A stretch of 64,000 nt of DNA from Pseudomonadota bacterium (GTDB lineage Bacteria; Pseudomonadota; Alphaproteobacteria; Rhizobiales; UBA4765). Under the pieces are notes generated by a model. The model was given only the letters and a program-made list of their open reading frames with translations, ran no database searches and was not told the DNA's origin. Below, one piece after another: positions 38,369 through 46,637 of the stretch. The stretch's first letter is position 1. Every line of letters starts with the position of its first letter. The stretch is from assembly GCA_041694995.1 (NCBI GenBank), contig JBGFRS010000056.1, positions 34,498-98,497 on the forward strand, written 5' to 3'. The translations under genes were made by a program, and so were the position numbers.

Positions 38369-39379
38369 ATGAGTGCGCCCGCTTCCATTGATCTCGGCCC
38401 CGTCTTCGACCTCGGCGCCTATGTCGTTGGGGCGAGCTTTGTCGGAAACGTCGCGCTCTTCGCAACGGGCGAGGGCGAGGTTGCGGCCGCGACGCGTGTT
38501 GCCGGCCTGGAAGGCAAGGATCGCGTGCATGACGGTGCGATCCTCTATGCGACGGGGACACGTGAAGGCGATGCACTGTTGACCGCCGGTGACGACGGCA
38601 AGGTGCGGCGCGTCACGATCACGGAAGCCACCGACATCGCCGAGACGCGCGGCGGCTGGCCGGCTGCTCTCGCCGCCGGCCCGGATGGCGCGGTCGCCCT
38701 CTCCGTCGGGCGCAAGGTGCTTGTCGTGCGGCCGGGCAAGCCTGACTTCGTGGCGGAAGCGCCGTCGCTCGCCCCCGGGCTTGCTTTTGCGCCGAAGGGG
38801 CTGCGCGTCGCCGCCGCGCACAATGGCGGCGTGACGCTCTGGTATCCAGGCCAAGCCAAGGCGGAGCCAATGGTGCTGTTCTGGAAGGGGTCGCATCTCG
38901 ACGTCACCTTTTCGCCCGACGGCGCGTTCCTCGTCACCTCCATGCAGGAGGCCGCGCTGCATGGTTGGCGGCTTGCGGACAAGCAGCACATGCGCATGAC
39001 CGGCTACCCCAACAAGACGCGGTCGTTCTCATGGGATGCGAAGGGCAAATGGCTCGCGACATCGGGCGCCGATGCGGCGATCCTCTGGCCTTTCGCGACG
39101 AAGGACGGGCCCATGGGCAAGCCGCCGAAGGAAGTCGCGACGCGGGCGAAGATGCCGGTGACGTGCGTCGCGTTCCATCCCGCCGTGGAGGTTCTCGCCG
39201 CCGGCTTCGGCGACGGCATGGTCGTGCTGACGCGCCTTTCCGACGGGGCGGAGCTCCTCGTCGCGCGGCCGAGCGGCACGCCCATCTCGGCGCTGCAATG
39301 GTCTCAGGACGGCGCGCTCCTCGCTTGGGGTACGGAAGCCGGCGCCGCGGGGCTCTTTCCGGCGATGCAGGGGGAGTGA
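38369..39379 (+). CDS. WD40-repeat (beta-propeller) protein
   Basis: 336 aa with repeated units of the type ...SPDG.FL.T......LWR / FSWDAKGKWLATSG.D..ILWP, consistent with WD40 blades. Confidence 0.65.
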   Translation: MSAPASIDLGPVFDLGAYVVGASFVGNVALFATGEGEVAAATRVAGLEGKDRVHDGAILYATGTREGDALLTAGDDGKVRRVTITEATDIAETRGGWPAALAAGPDGAVALSVGRKVLVVRPGKPDFVAEAPSLAPGLAFAPKGLRVAAAHNGGVTLWYPGQAKAEPMVLFWKGSHLDVTFSPDGAFLVTSMQEAALHGWRLADKQHMRMTGYPNKTRSFSWDAKGKWLATSGADAAILWPFATKDGPMGKPPKEVATRAKMPVTCVAFHPAVEVLAAGFGDGMVVLTRLSDGAELLVARPSGTPISALQWSQDGALLAWGTEAGAAGLFPAMQGE

Positions 39380-39652
39380 ATGCTCGGCCGTTGGTTCAAG
39401 CCCGATCCCGAACGCGACCAGGCCGCTGTTCGCGTCAAGGCCTGGGTGCACGAGGCGCTGCGGCTCGACGCGACGACGACCGTCTCGGTCAACGAAATCG
39501 AATGCGGCGATCCGGCCTGTCCCGGCGGCGTCGAAACGGTCATCCTCGTGCGCGGTCGCGCCTCGGTCACCGCGGCGATGAAAATTCCCGGGCCGATTAC
39601 GGCCGTCACCGCGGCGAGCGTCGCGGACGCCATCCGATCAACCGCAACATGA
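39380..39652 (+). CDS. Small hypothetical protein with a C-x-D-P-x-C-P-G motif
   Basis: 90 aa ORF starting immediately after the WD40 stop (TGAATG). Codon usage resembles its neighbours. Contains ECGDPACPGG. Confidence 0.5.
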   Translation: MLGRWFKPDPERDQAAVRVKAWVHEALRLDATTTVSVNEIECGDPACPGGVETVILVRGRASVTAAMKIPGPITAVTAASVADAIRSTAT

Positions 39653-39711
39653 CGATGATCTCGACTTTGCCGTGCACGCGCTTAGGCTGACGCAAGGCGA
39701 GGGTTCCCGAC

Positions 39712-40251
39712 ATGCCGGTCTTCGTGCGCACCATTGCTCTCGGCGTTGGCCTTCTCGGTGCCGCGACGACGTCGCAGCTTCCCGAGTACGCGCAGCAATA
39801 CACGCAGCGCCTCGGCGGCGCGGTCGACGAGCTCGCGGCCTTCGTGCGCGACTTCGACCGCGATGCGCAGACGTTCGGTTTGGAGCGGCAGATCGCCTTG
39901 CAGCGCATGCTGCGCAACACCGACGATTTCATCCGCGACCGCGGCGAGAGCGCCCGCCAGACGATCGAGCGCTTCGACCGGCTTGGCGCGCACTACACCG
40001 CGATGCGCGAGGCGCCGCCCTTGCAACGCTTGTGGTTGATGCGTTCCGCCGACGGGTCGATCGCGCGCCGCGCCTTCGACGACTTCAAGCCGGCCGTGCC
40101 GTTGACGGTCGACGGCGCAGTTGCGGCAGCCGTCGGCTTCGTCAGCGGCCTCTTGGTCGTTTTCGGCCTGTCGCGCTCGGCGAAGACGCTGCGGCGCCGC
40201 GCCGACAAGAAGACGATCCCGTTCGAACCGATGTCGTCTCGGCCGCGCTGA
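39712..40251 (+). CDS. DUF2937-like membrane protein
   Basis: 179 aa. The N-terminal helix plus LPEYAQQYTQRLGGAVDEL resembles DUF2937 family members. Has a C-terminal TM. Confidence 0.55.
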   Translation: MPVFVRTIALGVGLLGAATTSQLPEYAQQYTQRLGGAVDELAAFVRDFDRDAQTFGLERQIALQRMLRNTDDFIRDRGESARQTIERFDRLGAHYTAMREAPPLQRLWLMRSADGSIARRAFDDFKPAVPLTVDGAVAAAVGFVSGLLVVFGLSRSAKTLRRRADKKTIPFEPMSSRPR

Positions 40252-40294
40252 GCGGACGACGGCCGCGCCCGGCTGGAACCTCTTCTAAAGAAGA

Positions 40295-41737
40295 TCAGCC
40301 GCGCACCAGCACGTTGCGGAACTGCCAGGGGTCGTTCGTGTCGATGTCCTCGGGGAACAGGCCGGGCCGGTCCGTCAGCGGCGTCCAGTCCGTGTAGAAG
40401 CCGTTGACCGGGCCGAGATACGGCGCCTGCACTTCGAGGCAGCGCTTGTAGTCCATGTCGTCAGCCTCGACGATCCCCGCCTCCGGATTTTCGAGCGCCC
40501 ACACCATGCCGGCAAGCACGGCGGAAGAGACCTGGAGGCCGGTCGCGTTCTGATAGGGGGCGAGGTCCCGCGTCTCGTCGATCGAGAGCTGCGAGCCGTA
40601 CCAATAGGCGTTCTTGCCGTGGCCGTAGAGGAGGACGCCCAACTCGTCGATGCCGTCGACGATCTCGTTCTCGTCGAGGATGTGCCAGTCGGACTGGCGT
40701 TTGCCGGCGGCGCCGAACATCTCGTGCAGCGAGAGCACGGCGTCGTTCGCCGGGTGATAGGCATAATGGCAGGTCGGGCGATAGATCGCCTTGCCGTTCG
40801 CATCGCGCAGCGTGAAGTGGTCGGCGATGGAGATCGCCTCGTTGTGCGTGACGAGGAAGCCGTATTGCGCCCCCGGCGTCGGGCACCAGGAGCGCACGCG
40901 CGTGTTCGCGCCCGGCTGGAGGAGATAGATCGCGGCGCCGCAGCCGACCTCGTGCGTGCGTGCGTTCTCCGGCATCCAGCGCTCATGCGTGCCCCAGCCG
41001 AGCTCGGCTGGCTGCATGCCTTCCGAAACGAAGCCTTCGACCGACCAGGTATTGACGAAGACGTCGCGCGGCTTGGGCTTCTTGGCGCGCTGCGTGTCGC
41101 GTTCGGCGATGTGAATGCCCTTGACGCCGAGGCGCTGCCCGAGCGCCGCCCACTCGGCCTGCGTCTTCGGTTCCGCCGCGTTGACACCGAGACTCGCATT
41201 GAGGTCCATCATCGCCTTCTTGACGAACCACGACACCATGCCCGGATTGGCGCCGCAGCAGGACACGGCGGTGATGCCGCCCGGCGAGCGGCGGCGCTCC
41301 TCAAGGATCGTCTCGCGCAGCATATAGTTCGAGCGCGCGGCCGGGTTCTTCTTCGGGTCGAAATAGAAGCCGGCCCAGGGTTCGACGACGGTGTCGATGT
41401 AGAAGACGCCCAGCTCGCGGCAGAGCTTCATGATGTCGAGCGAGGAGGTGTCGACCGACAGGTTGACGCAGAAGCCCCGGCCTTCGCCCTTGGTGAGCAG
41501 GCCGGTGAGCAGCGCGCGGTAATTGTCCTTGGTGACGGCGTCGTGGATGAAGCGGATGCCGCGCTCGTCGAGGAGGGCGCGGTCGGAATCCTCAGGGTCG
41601 ATCACCGCGAAGCGGCTCTTGTCGTACTCGAAGTGCCGTTCGATCAACGGGAGCGTGCCCTTCCCGATAGAGCCGAAGCCGATCATCACGATCGGGCCGG
41701 TGATCTTGCCGTAGACGGGATGGGTCTTCGTGGCCAT
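40295..41737 (-). CDS. hss: Homospermidine synthase
   Basis: The start at 41737 gives MATKTHPVYGKITGPIVMIGFGSIGKGTLPLIERHF, closely resembling the bacterial HSS N-terminus. About 480 aa. Confidence 0.85.
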   Translation of the reverse strand: MATKTHPVYGKITGPIVMIGFGSIGKGTLPLIERHFEYDKSRFAVIDPEDSDRALLDERGIRFIHDAVTKDNYRALLTGLLTKGEGRGFCVNLSVDTSSLDIMKLCRELGVFYIDTVVEPWAGFYFDPKKNPAARSNYMLRETILEERRRSPGGITAVSCCGANPGMVSWFVKKAMMDLNASLGVNAAEPKTQAEWAALGQRLGVKGIHIAERDTQRAKKPKPRDVFVNTWSVEGFVSEGMQPAELGWGTHERWMPENARTHEVGCGAAIYLLQPGANTRVRSWCPTPGAQYGFLVTHNEAISIADHFTLRDANGKAIYRPTCHYAYHPANDAVLSLHEMFGAAGKRQSDWHILDENEIVDGIDELGVLLYGHGKNAYWYGSQLSIDETRDLAPYQNATGLQVSSAVLAGMVWALENPEAGIVEADDMDYKRCLEVQAPYLGPVNGFYTDWTPLTDRPGLFPEDIDTNDPWQFRNVLVRG

Positions 41738-42088
41738 GGGGTGCTGATCCTCGGCAACGACAAGGCGTCGCATGCGGTTTCAGGGAAGGAAACGCGGGCT
41801 TGCTACACGATGGGGGCGGGGGAGTCGACCGCTGTGCGCGATCCTTGCCGCGCGTTCGCTGTCGTCCCGTGCGCGGTGCGGCACGCCGTGACGCACCGCA
41901 GACACGGGACCGCTCGACGCGAAGACACCCCAGCGATCCCGGGTCAGCGCCGCACCGCTTCGCGCCCGGGATGACATGAAGGCCGCTTCGATCAAGCAGC
42001 GTGTCCGAGTGCTTCTCGTGCTGGCGCCTTCAACCCTTCGCGGACGCGCGCTATGGGTGGTGATGCAAGGAGCAAGGAGATTCGCACC

Positions 42089-42538
42089 ATGCGCACGGTG
42101 AGCCTCGGTGTCTGCCTGGTCGTGCTCGCTGCAGGGGTCGCCGAGGCGCAGGTGCGCGTGCCGATCCCGGCGCGAACCGTGGCCCTCGCCCCCGGCGACG
42201 TCGTCGGCGGGCGCACGGTCGAATCGGCCGCGGTCGAGCCCGCTTGCCTTATCACCCGCGGCAGCAATCTCAGCACGACGGCGTTGATGATCGTGCCGCG
42301 CACGCGCATCGGTGAATACGCCGCCGTGTTCACACCGGCCTTCGGCCGCTGCGCGCGTCAGCAGAACCCGCATCCGGCACGGCTCGTCGTGTTCACGCAC
42401 GTGTCGCGGGACGGTGCGGGCACCGTCTATCGGCGCGGCTCCCTCGCCTGCCGATTCGCGCCGGGCGACCCGAACACGGCGGTGTGCAATCGGCCGCTGC
42501 GCTGCGACCTCGCCGTCCACCGCTGTCCGAATCCGTAA
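42089..42538 (+). CDS. Secreted Cys-containing hypothetical protein
   Basis: AAGGAG RBS and the signal MRTVSLGVCLVVLAAGVAEAQ. The mature part has six Cys residues. I recognise no family. Confidence 0.5.
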   Translation: MRTVSLGVCLVVLAAGVAEAQVRVPIPARTVALAPGDVVGGRTVESAAVEPACLITRGSNLSTTALMIVPRTRIGEYAAVFTPAFGRCARQQNPHPARLVVFTHVSRDGAGTVYRRGSLACRFAPGDPNTAVCNRPLRCDLAVHRCPNP

Positions 42539-42622
42539 GCTGCCACGGCAGGAGCCTCGCGCCGGGGGGACATCGGCGCGGGGCCACCGTCATGGGCCGC
42601 AGGTGGGGACCGGCCCCCAAGC

Positions 42623-43162
42623 TCACGCCGCGTGCGTGGCGATCGCGGCCGGCAGCGCCTTTCCCGTCGCCCGCACGATGCCCGCCGCGCCGGCCATCGC
42701 GCCGGCCTTCAATTCCAGGCCAAGGAAGCGCGCTTGGTCGACCGGTCCCGGCGGAACCAAGTCCTTGGTCAGGCTCCGCGTGAAGCCGAAGCGCTCGTAA
42801 TAGGGCGCATCGCCGACCAGGATCACGGCGCCGTGGCCGCGCTCGCGCGCTGCGGCAAGGCCGCGGCGGATCATCAGCCCGCCGAGACCGCGGCTGCGAT
42901 ACTCCGCATCGACCGCGAGGGGCCCGAGCATGAGGCCCGGGGTGGCCGGACCGAGGCCGACGTTCCAGAAGGTCAGCGTGCCGACGAGGCGCTCGCCCCA
43001 TGGGGCATGGTCGCGCACGACGAAGGCGAGACCATCCGCCGGGACGCGGCCGTCGCGCAAGCGCTGCGCGGTCTTGCGGTGACGGTTGCGGCCGAAAGCG
43101 CGGTCGAGCAGGGCCTCGATGGCGCTCGCGTCCTCGGGCCGGGCTTGGTCGAGCAAGATCAT
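42623..43162 (-). CDS. GNAT-family N-acetyltransferase
   Basis: 179 aa with the acetyl-CoA-binding motif RSRGLGGLMIRRGL. Lies between hss and odc. Confidence 0.8.
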   Translation of the reverse strand: MILLDQARPEDASAIEALLDRAFGRNRHRKTAQRLRDGRVPADGLAFVVRDHAPWGERLVGTLTFWNVGLGPATPGLMLGPLAVDAEYRSRGLGGLMIRRGLAAARERGHGAVILVGDAPYYERFGFTRSLTKDLVPPGPVDQARFLGLELKAGAMAGAAGIVRATGKALPAAIATHAA

Positions 43163-43218
43163 GTCATCCTCCCGCGGTGAGGAGGTTGCGGACGAAGGAG
43201 GACGGTGAGGGTTCCGCC

Positions 43219-43272
43219 ATGGCCGGGCGGGCGCCCGGCCATCCGTCGCAGGCCCCGCCGAGCGGGGCCTGC
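43219..43272 (-). terminator. Two tandem GC-rich hairpins just downstream of the odc stop
   Basis: ATGGCCGGGC-gggc-GCCCGGCCAT (43219-43242) and GCAGGCCCCGC-cga-GCGGGGCCTGC (43248-43272). No U-tract follows, so intrinsic-terminator function is uncertain. Confidence 0.4.
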
Positions 43273-43276
43273 GTCG

Positions 43277-44407
43277 TCAGATCACGACCTGCTTCAGTGG
43301 CGAGAAGCCGTTGAAGGCGACCGCCGAATAGGTCGTGGTGTAGGCACCGGTGCCTTCGATCAGGACCTTGTCCCCGATCTCGAGCGAGATCGGCAGCTCG
43401 TACGGGACCTTCTCGTAGAGCACGTCGGCTGAATCGCAGGTCGGGCCTGCGATGATGCACGGGCTCGTCGCGTCACCGTCGCGCGGGGTCTTGATCGGAT
43501 ACCGGATCGCCTCGTCCATGGTTTCGGCGAGACCGCCGAACTTGCCGATGTCGAGATAGACCCAGCGCACCGTCTCATCCTCGCGCTTCTTCGACACGAG
43601 CACGACCTCGGCCTGCACGATGCCGGCATTGCCCACCATGCCGCGCCCCGGCTCGATGATCGTTTCCGGGATGCGGTTGCCGAAGTGCTTGCGCAGCGCA
43701 CCGAAGATGGCGCGGCCGTAAGCGTCGACCGCCGGCACGTCCTTCAGATACTTCGTCGGGAAGCCGCCGCCGAGATTGACCATCGACAGCGCGATGCCGC
43801 GCTCGGCGCACTCGCGGAAGATCGCGGCCGAAGCGGCGAGCGCCCGGTCCCACATCTTCGGATTGCGCTGCTGCGACCCGACGTGGAACGACACGCCGTA
43901 GGCGACGAGGCCCGCGCGATGCGCGTGCTCGATCACGTCGACCGCCATGTCCGGCTCGCAGCCGAACTTGCGCGACAGCGGCCATTCGGCCCCGGCGCCA
44001 TCGCACAGGATGCGGCAGAACACCTTCGAGCCCGGCGCCTGGCGCGCAATCTTGTCGACCTCGGCCTGGCAGTCGACCGCGAAGAGGCGGATGCCGAGCC
44101 GGTAGGCGCGCGCGATGTCCGCTTCCTTCTTGATCGTGTTGCCATAGGAGATGCGATCGGGCGTGGCGCCGGCCGCGAGCACCATCTCGATCTCGGGGAT
44201 CGAAGCGGTGTCGAAGCAGGAGCCGAGCTCGGCCAAGAGCGACAGGATCTCCGGCGCCGGGTTCGCCTTGACGGCGTAGAAGACGCGCGTGTCGGGCAAC
44301 GCCTTGGCGAAGGCGAGGTAGTTGTCGCGCACCTGCTCACGGTCGATCACCACGACGGGCTCGTCGAAGCGCCGTCGCGCGAGAAAATCACGGATACGAT
44401 CGGTCAT
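43277..44407 (-). CDS. odc: Type III PLP-dependent ornithine/lysine decarboxylase (eukaryotic-type ODC family)
   Basis: 376 aa with the motifs FYAVKANP, GGGFP and CDSAD, typical of group IV decarboxylases. Confidence 0.85.
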   Translation of the reverse strand: MTDRIRDFLARRRFDEPVVVIDREQVRDNYLAFAKALPDTRVFYAVKANPAPEILSLLAELGSCFDTASIPEIEMVLAAGATPDRISYGNTIKKEADIARAYRLGIRLFAVDCQAEVDKIARQAPGSKVFCRILCDGAGAEWPLSRKFGCEPDMAVDVIEHAHRAGLVAYGVSFHVGSQQRNPKMWDRALAASAAIFRECAERGIALSMVNLGGGFPTKYLKDVPAVDAYGRAIFGALRKHFGNRIPETIIEPGRGMVGNAGIVQAEVVLVSKKREDETVRWVYLDIGKFGGLAETMDEAIRYPIKTPRDGDATSPCIIAGPTCDSADVLYEKVPYELPISLEIGDKVLIEGTGAYTTTYSAVAFNGFSPLKQVVI

Positions 44408-44880
44408 TGCGGCGTCTCCCGGCTCGCAAGATCAACCCAGTGGCGACGTTGCTTCGCCGGACGCGCTGTGGAGGCGCCGCCGACGAAAACGCAGTCACCC
44501 GGCCGGTCGCCCGGCCCGCTCGTTGCTGCCTTGGATTGGATGGGGAGACCCCGCCCGCACGCCCGGCAAAGATAGAGAAGTCTCTTCAGCCGCCGGCGAT
44601 GGAAACCGGCAGAGACAAGACCCGCCCCGTCGTTGCTTCAAGTCGCGTCCCCCGCGGAGGACGGGGTTCACCGGTCTATTCCGGCTGCCGGTCGAGGTTC
44701 GGTGCTCGGGGACTGTCATCCCCCCGGAAACCGATCCCTCGGCTTCCATTGGCACCGGGCGGCTGTCCGGCCTCTTGTCCGGATGCCCACCGACCAGCAC
44801 GCGACCACAGGCACGTGCAGAATTGGGTGCGCGTCATATGAGACAAACCGCCCCGCGACGCAAGAGGATTTTTTGCCCTT
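44408..44880 (-). promoter_or_regulatory. Long structured 5' leader of odc, candidate speF-type RNA motif
   Basis: About 670 nt gap with no credible ORF, containing GC-rich stems (for example CCCCGTC...GACGGGG and an internal GTCC-CCCGCGGA-GGAC). A speF leader motif upstream of alphaproteobacterial ornithine decarboxylase genes is established knowledge. The boundaries are not determined. Confidence 0.4.
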
Positions 44881-45077
44881 TTTTCGAATGAAGCCCGCAT
44901 TCATCCCCCGCTCATTCCGCCACCGCCAAAACGCGCAAGACGCGCTGCCGAATTGCGCATCGTGGAGAAGCGTGCGAAGTGGCTCACCGCAGTCGCACCT
45001 ATGGGAAGTGCCGCGTCATCGTGACGCCGGCGAGGCCCGTGGACGCGCGGGCGTGACCAGACGATCGAACGGACGCG

Positions 45078-46637
45078 ATGCTGAGACGGGACGCACTGAA
45101 ATTGCTCCTATCTGCCGCCACGGCGCCCTGGTGGAGCGCCGGCGCGGCGGTTGCCCAGCAGGCCGCCCCCTTCACCTTCGACAGCGTTGTCGAGCGCGCC
45201 CGCGAACTCGCCGCCCGCGCTTACGAGCCGCAGGCCGGGATTGCGCCCGAGGTGCTGCGCAATCTCAGCTTCGACGCTTACCGGGAACTGCGTTTCCGGG
45301 CCGACCGCGCCCTCCTCGGCGAGGGCGGTTCGCCGGTACGCATGCAGATGTTCCACCTCGGCTTCCTCTACAACCGCGCCGTGGGGGTGAACGTCGTGCG
45401 CGACGGCGTGGTGTTGCCGGTGCCCTATTCGCCGGACCTCTTCGACTACGGGCGCAACAGGTTCGATCCGCCGCTGCCGACCAATCTCGGCTTTGCCGGC
45501 TTCCGCCTGCACTATCCGCTGAACGACCCGACCGTCTTCGACGAACTCGTTTCCTTCATCGGGGCGAGTTATTTCCGCATCCTCGCGCGCGGGCAGAAGT
45601 ACGGCATCTCCGCGCGCGGGCTTGCCATCGACACGGCGCTCCCGAGCGGGGAGGAATTCCCCTATTTCCGGGAATTCTGGGTCGAACAGCCACGGCGGAA
45701 CGCGGATTCGATCACGGTCATGGCGCTTCTCGATTCGGTCTCGCTCGCGGGCGCCTTCCGCTTCCACATCGTGCCCGGGGTTGCGAGTGTCGTCGACACG
45801 CAGGTTGCGCTGTTTCTCCGTCGCCCGGTGCGCAAGCTCGGCATCGCGCCTTTGACCTCCATGTTCTTCTACGGCGAGAACCAGGCGAAGCCGCCGACGG
45901 ACTTCCGGCCGGAGGTGCACGATTCCGACGGGCTTCTCATCAATAATGGCACCGGCGAATGGATCTGGCGCCCATTGCGCAACCCCGGCACCCTGGCGAT
46001 CTCCGCCTTCGTCGACAACAATGTGCGGGGCTTCGGTCTTTTGCAGCGCGACCGCATCTTCGAGCACTACCAGGACCTCGAACTCAACTACGAGCTTCGG
46101 CCGAGCTACTGGATCGAGCCGGTCGGGGAGTGGCGCGAAGGCCATGTCGAGCTCATCGAGATCCCGACACCGGACGAGACGAACGACAACATCGTCGCCA
46201 TGTGGGTGCCGCGCATCGAGCTACGCCCGCAGGAGCGCTACGATTTCCGCTATCGCCTGGCTTCGGTGATGTCGGTCTCCGACCGCGTCGCCGGGCATCC
46301 GGGCGGGCGCGTCGTCAACACCTATCACAAACGCCTGATGCCGTTCGAGGCGCCCGAGCATCGCGACCCGGCGGTGCGGCGCTTCCTGATCGACTTCGAA
46401 GGCGGCGATCTTGCCTTCTATCATCGCCATCCCGATCTCGTGCAGGTGGTCCCCTCCGCGTCGCACGGAACGATCTTGCGTTCCTTCATCACGCCGAACC
46501 CGCATATCCGCGGCTTCCGCGCGGTGTTCGATCTGCGCGCGGTTCCCAATCAGACCACGAACTTGCGCGCCTTCCTCCGCGCCGGCGACAAAGCCTTGAC
46601 CGAAACCTGGACCTATCCTTGGCGCCATGAGCCCTGA
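45078..46637 (+). CDS. opgG: Periplasmic glucan biosynthesis protein OpgG (MdoG family)
   Basis: 519 aa with an RRDALKLL signal. MdoG motifs GASYFRI and FPYFREFWVE. Followed by opgH. Confidence 0.85.
   Translation: MLRRDALKLLLSAATAPWWSAGAAVAQQAAPFTFDSVVERARELAARAYEPQAGIAPEVLRNLSFDAYRELRFRADRALLGEGGSPVRMQMFHLGFLYNRAVGVNVVRDGVVLPVPYSPDLFDYGRNRFDPPLPTNLGFAGFRLHYPLNDPTVFDELVSFIGASYFRILARGQKYGISARGLAIDTALPSGEEFPYFREFWVEQPRRNADSITVMALLDSVSLAGAFRFHIVPGVASVVDTQVALFLRRPVRKLGIAPLTSMFFYGENQAKPPTDFRPEVHDSDGLLINNGTGEWIWRPLRNPGTLAISAFVDNNVRGFGLLQRDRIFEHYQDLELNYELRPSYWIEPVGEWREGHVELIEIPTPDETNDNIVAMWVPRIELRPQERYDFRYRLASVMSVSDRVAGHPGGRVVNTYHKRLMPFEAPEHRDPAVRRFLIDFEGGDLAFYHRHPDLVQVVPSASHGTILRSFITPNPHIRGFRAVFDLRAVPNQTTNLRAFLRAGDKALTETWTYPWRHEP

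Noticed and set aside
41774-42088. An inverted repeat ATCCCGGG...CCCGGGAT (about 41935-41975) upstream of hss as a riboswitch or REP element.
   Set aside because: It is a single 8-bp stem with a long loop. I found no second copy in the window and no recognisable conserved motif, so the evidence is insufficient.
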